From assembly GCA_900088475.1 (NCBI GenBank), contig FLMG01001570.1:186001-250000 (forward strand): DNA of 64,000 bases. Reading direction: 5' to 3'. Position numbers and translations under genes: made by a program. Shown piece by piece: positions 60,197-64,000 of this stretch. Position 1 is the stretch's first letter, and every line of letters starts with the position of its first letter. Origin of the DNA: Hyphochytrium catenoides. Lineage: Eukaryota > Protista > Hyphochytriomycota. Under the pieces are notes generated by a model. That model was not told the DNA's origin and searched no databases. It saw only the letters and a list, made by a program, of their open reading frames with translations.

Positions 60197-60993
60197 GGCT
60201 CTTTCAAGTAGCAAAGCGCAAACACACCTTTCTGTCGTTGTTGCCCAGCTGAACGTTTAGGTATGCTGATTGAGCTCTCGTTCTGGGCTTTCTTAGCTTC
60301 TGGGAGGCAATGATTGAGTCTTCAGAATGCAGTCTGCAGTCTGTCTCACAGAGCTCAGCTTCTCATCGCATTCACAGCTTCCAGCGGCCAGCGAAAGTTT
60401 GCCATGTGTGATGTTGTTGTTAGGTTCTTCCGTGCAGATGCCTAGCTTTATTGACCCTGTTCGTCTGTTCCGTCGGCTCTGATGGCTGCTGTTGGTTTGA
60501 GGCAGAGCATCATGTACACCGTAGTATTTGATTTAGTCAACATAAGAAAGCTGTTGTTTGTCTGTTTGCTGTACCAGAAGCCGAATCTCAATACTTGTAC
60601 AGAGTAAAGCACCGAGATATTCCCCTGGACTTTAGCTGTGGGGCTTGGGGCAGAAGGTGAAGAAGCAATAGAAGCGGCGAGAGATCTGCAGGAGCGATGC
60701 GGCGCCAGGGATGAGAGTAGAAGAGGAGCCTGCCAAGCTGATGAGGGACCGATGATGCTCAGCAGCAAGCTCAGGCAACTAACTCAGGGCCCGACGTCGA
60801 GAGAACCAAGACATATCAGCTGTAAGGACGGGAACCAGCTTGCGAGACGAATCTTCCACCTGCTTGTGTGACGAAGGCTGCTGCGTCAAAGGACAGTACG
60901 AGACTTCTAGATACTCCGACAACATAGTGCGGACCAGGTCTACCTGGGCCAAGAGAACATCTCCTGAAAGGCTACTAGCCTTTATAAAGAACC

Positions 60994-63563
60994 ATGGTAA
61001 ACGGACCCCACTGCCTGTCTCCCACCCTCTCTCCGCCTCTGATGTAATCCCAACTCCAGGGTACCCTCGCTGAAACCTTCCTTGGGGACCTTGACGAGCT
61101 GGGAGAGAGCTCAGAGGACGAAGAACTCCTCCCCGAGCAGAAGGATGCGGGTCAGAAGCGGAAGCATTCAGACGTGGATGAGGATGAAGTTATGGAGAAT
61201 GTTGACGACAAAAGACTCGAGCCCGTGGACAATGAGTTGGATAGTGTGCTGCAGAATCTGGGTGCTAGGGGCGTACAAGCCGTGACTTCCCTGAGGAGGT
61301 CATCTAAGTTTATTGAGCACATGAAGGTGAGGGCTCGTCACTTTACCGCACCAGGGCCGCCGCGCTTACTCAGACTGCTGCAGAAAATTCACGACTATAC
61401 GATGAAGCCTGCGGCGAGAATATCAGGGGGAGCGCTGCAGGATCATCCGGAGTATAAGCTAATTGTGACCAGCAACCAGCTGCTTACCAAGATTGATGAC
61501 GAGATAGACGCGGCGTACAAGTTCGTAGTAGAGAAGTATAACAAAAAGTTCCCAGAGCTTGAGTCTCTCGTGCCGAACCGGCTGGACTACGTCAGAGTCG
61601 TGAAGCGAATCGCCAACGAGCTGGTACGTCTCTCTTCCTAGAGTAGCTTGCTGTGGTCCACGTTATCAACATCTCACAAGATCTCTGCCTCTCTCTGGCC
61701 TATGTTGGGCCCCTCCAATGCTTATACGCTATCTACGTGTATTTTTCAATGTTGGCGACGCTCGTCTCTTCCGGTGCGTTTCCCATTGCAAGCCTGACAA
61801 ACACCTCGCGTGCAGGACATGACTAAGGTCGAGCTCAATGACATTCTGCCGAGCACCGCGGTAATGACCGTTTCCATGAGTTCGTCTACCAGCGGCGCTA
61901 CTCTGTCCGAAGAGGACCTGAAAGAGGCAATTGAGGGATGTGATGAAACCTTGGCGCTGGAGAAGGCGCGGAAAGAGGTGAGACATGATCCTCATATTCG
62001 TGCGATGTGTTCCTGACTGATGGCAATGTTCATAGATCTTAACTTTCATAGAGAGCCGTATGGCCTCCATAGCGCCCAATGTTTCTGCCATTGTGGGAAC
62101 CACCATCGCGGCACAGTTAATTGGACTTGCGGGCGGCTTGATCAGCCTCTCCAGAATGCCAAGCTGTAATATCCAGGTCTCGAAGGCCGACTTTGCACCA
62201 GCTGTGCAGTCCTTACTCTTCAAATCCTCACTGTTTCTCGTCCTAGTGGGATCGGCCCCACGACACACTCCCTTAAGGCTGTTCACGTCGCTGCTACCTT
62301 CACACTTCTTGATCGTCTCGGTACTGACGGCTGCTCTCCTGACAGATTCTAGGTCAGCAGAGGAAGAACTTAGGCGGCTTCTCGTCCACAGCTGCCCTCC
62401 CGCACACTGGAGTCATCTACCACAGTGACGTCGTACAGAATACGCCACCTTACCTCAGGACTAAGGCCTGCAGAGTGGTGGCCGGAAAGTAAGGACGTAC
62501 CTCCCTTTCACTGCCCTTTCTTCTCTGACTCTGCCTTCACTCCTGCTGGTCCTCATGTCTGATCATAACATCTAACATGCTGGGCTTACCGATGCAGAAT
62601 AACCTTGGCGGCGCGTGTAGATAGTTATCAGCAGGATAAGAAAGGTAAGCGGTAGCGCCTTTCTTACTATCTTGGCGGGGAGGCTCATGATCTGCGGACG
62701 CCTTAAAGGATTGGTGCTAATATGGTCTCTTCATATCGCTACTCTTCTCTTTATACCTAACAGGGACCGCTGGGCAGGACTTCCGGCAACAGATAGACGA
62801 GAAAATAGCGAAATGGCAAGAGCCTGAGAAGGCGCGGACAAAGAAGGCGCTTCCCCGGCCCGACGATAAGCCGCGAAGGAAGCGAGGCGGGAAGAGGTAC
62901 CGAAAGATGAAGGAGCGGATGCAGTCAGAGGTGCGCGAGCAGCTCAATCGGCAGACGTTTGGGTCCATCCAGGAGGAATACGGAGACCATGCTATGGGCG
63001 TGGAGTTTGGCATGCTGGGCAAAGAAGGCTCAGGAAAGATGCGCGTCATGAAAAAGGAGCAAAGACAAAGTAGGTCACAGTTCTGGAATTCCACTTTTTT
63101 CCGCTGCCCGTTTTTCTCTCTGTCTTTCCTTTCTTCCCCTTTCTGTCCCTCTTTTTCTCTGTGGTTCAGTTGTCTCTACCTCCCGAGGCCGCTGCCAACT
63201 CCCTGTCCGTCACGCTATACTTGCTCTACCCCTCTCTTCTTTTGTCTTTCAATTCTCGGTGTTATTCTCTTTCTCTCTGTACAACTAACAAACCCTCTTC
63301 CACGCCCTCTTCCAGACACAAAGAAGCTGCGGACACTGAACGCGGGCAGCTCGGGCGCTACTTCGGGGCTGGCATCGTCCCTGGCCTTCACTCCTGTCCA
63401 GGGCATCGAGCTGGTCAACCCTGAGGCGGCGCAGGAGAAGATCCGTCAGTTGAACAAACGGTATGAGACATTGTGATCTCGCCCCCACTGATGAACGGGA
63501 ACTTACTTCTCTCTTTGCAGATACTTTGGAGACGGAGGTTTTAGCAAAGTGACAAAAAGTTAA
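60994..63563 (+). CDS. PRPF31: U4/U6 snRNP protein Prp31
   Basis: M|GTLAETFLGDLDEL, PEYKLIVTSN, YNKKFPELESLV, IAPNVSAIVG, AGGLISLSRMPSCNIQ, KALPRPDDKPRRKRGGKRYRKMKER, SGLASSLAFTPVQGIEL, RYFGDGGF. Confidence 0.97.
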
Positions 63564-63656
63564 TGAGACGACAAAGCGTAGAGTGTCGCGTTCCGTCATA
63601 CCATCGTTTCTCTCACTGTCTCACATGGGCACTCTACCCTCCCCATTGAATATACC

Positions 63657-63660
<4 letters not shown>

Positions 63661-63689
<29 letters not shown>

Positions 63690-63720
63690 AAGAGGAAAGA
63701 AAAGAGAGAAGAAAGAGAGT
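63661..63720. repeat. (AG)n purine tract downstream of PRPF31
   Basis: Visible AG-rich run. Confidence 0.85.
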
Positions 63721-64000
63721 GTGTGTGTTGCGACAGAAATCGAGATAGAAAGAAAGAGAAGGACAACCCTGGCCAGAAAGCAAGTTGAAAATGCTGTTTC
63801 TTGAAAAGGTTAAGCAGACGGCCATCTGCTCTAATAAATGACGGTGCTAGTGTACTGTACAGACATCCCGGACCTTCTCTCTTACTCCCCACTCCGGACA
63901 AGCTTCGTGGCGCTGCCCTCTCTTCCTGTTTGACCCCGTTTCCGACCCACAATCTTAACATCCTCCTGCTCCCCTCGGTAACCTGGCAACCCTCGATCGC

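Noticed and set aside
60448-60768. ORF resembling a bipartite plastid-targeting presequence (LLSIIGPSSAWQAP...)
   Set aside because: No in-frame ATG at the 5' end (TTG start with a stop just upstream) and no convincing downstream exon; it lies in the TOM7/PRPF31 promoter interval.
1-64000. tRNA, snRNA, rRNA, telomeric repeats, transposase or reverse transcriptase ORFs
   Set aside because: Visual scan found no GGTTCGANTCC T-arm in a cloverleaf context, no U1/U2/U5/U6/U12 signatures and no TE protein motifs; a covariance-model search could still find divergent RNAs.

Overview
Gene-dense, intron-rich nuclear DNA from a flagellated microbial eukaryote. A SAR lineage, probably a stramenopile, is my inference from protein motifs and is not proven. 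By manually splicing GT/GC-AG introns I reconstructed about 19 protein-coding genes, most of which the ORF track shows only as fragments or misses. Four are axonemal (DNAI7/CASC1, an RIIa-domain protein, a SHIPPO-repeat protein, DAW1/WDR69), two mitochondrial (ATP synthase b, TOM7) and two spliceosomal (PRPF31, minor-spliceosome SNRNP25). The rest include XPO4, DHPS, an OS-9/erlectin lectin, a MEA1-like protein and an EH-PX-BAR sorting nexin. I found no tRNA, rRNA, CRISPR array or recognisable transposase. The best lead is a signal-peptide-less tri-domain fusion: a BtuF-like helical-backbone binding protein with a CxxC motif, a Cys-rich DUF5522 domain, and what looks like a degenerate DUF71/PP-loop domain. 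It resembles a bacterial B12-salvage gene neighbourhood condensed into one eukaryotic gene. Other leads are a head-to-head pair of intronless orphan membrane proteins, a motif repeated with the same intron position, a duplicated splice acceptor, a dense GTAC cluster and a recurrent CCGCTAAC upstream motif. All family calls come from motif recognition by eye, with no database search.
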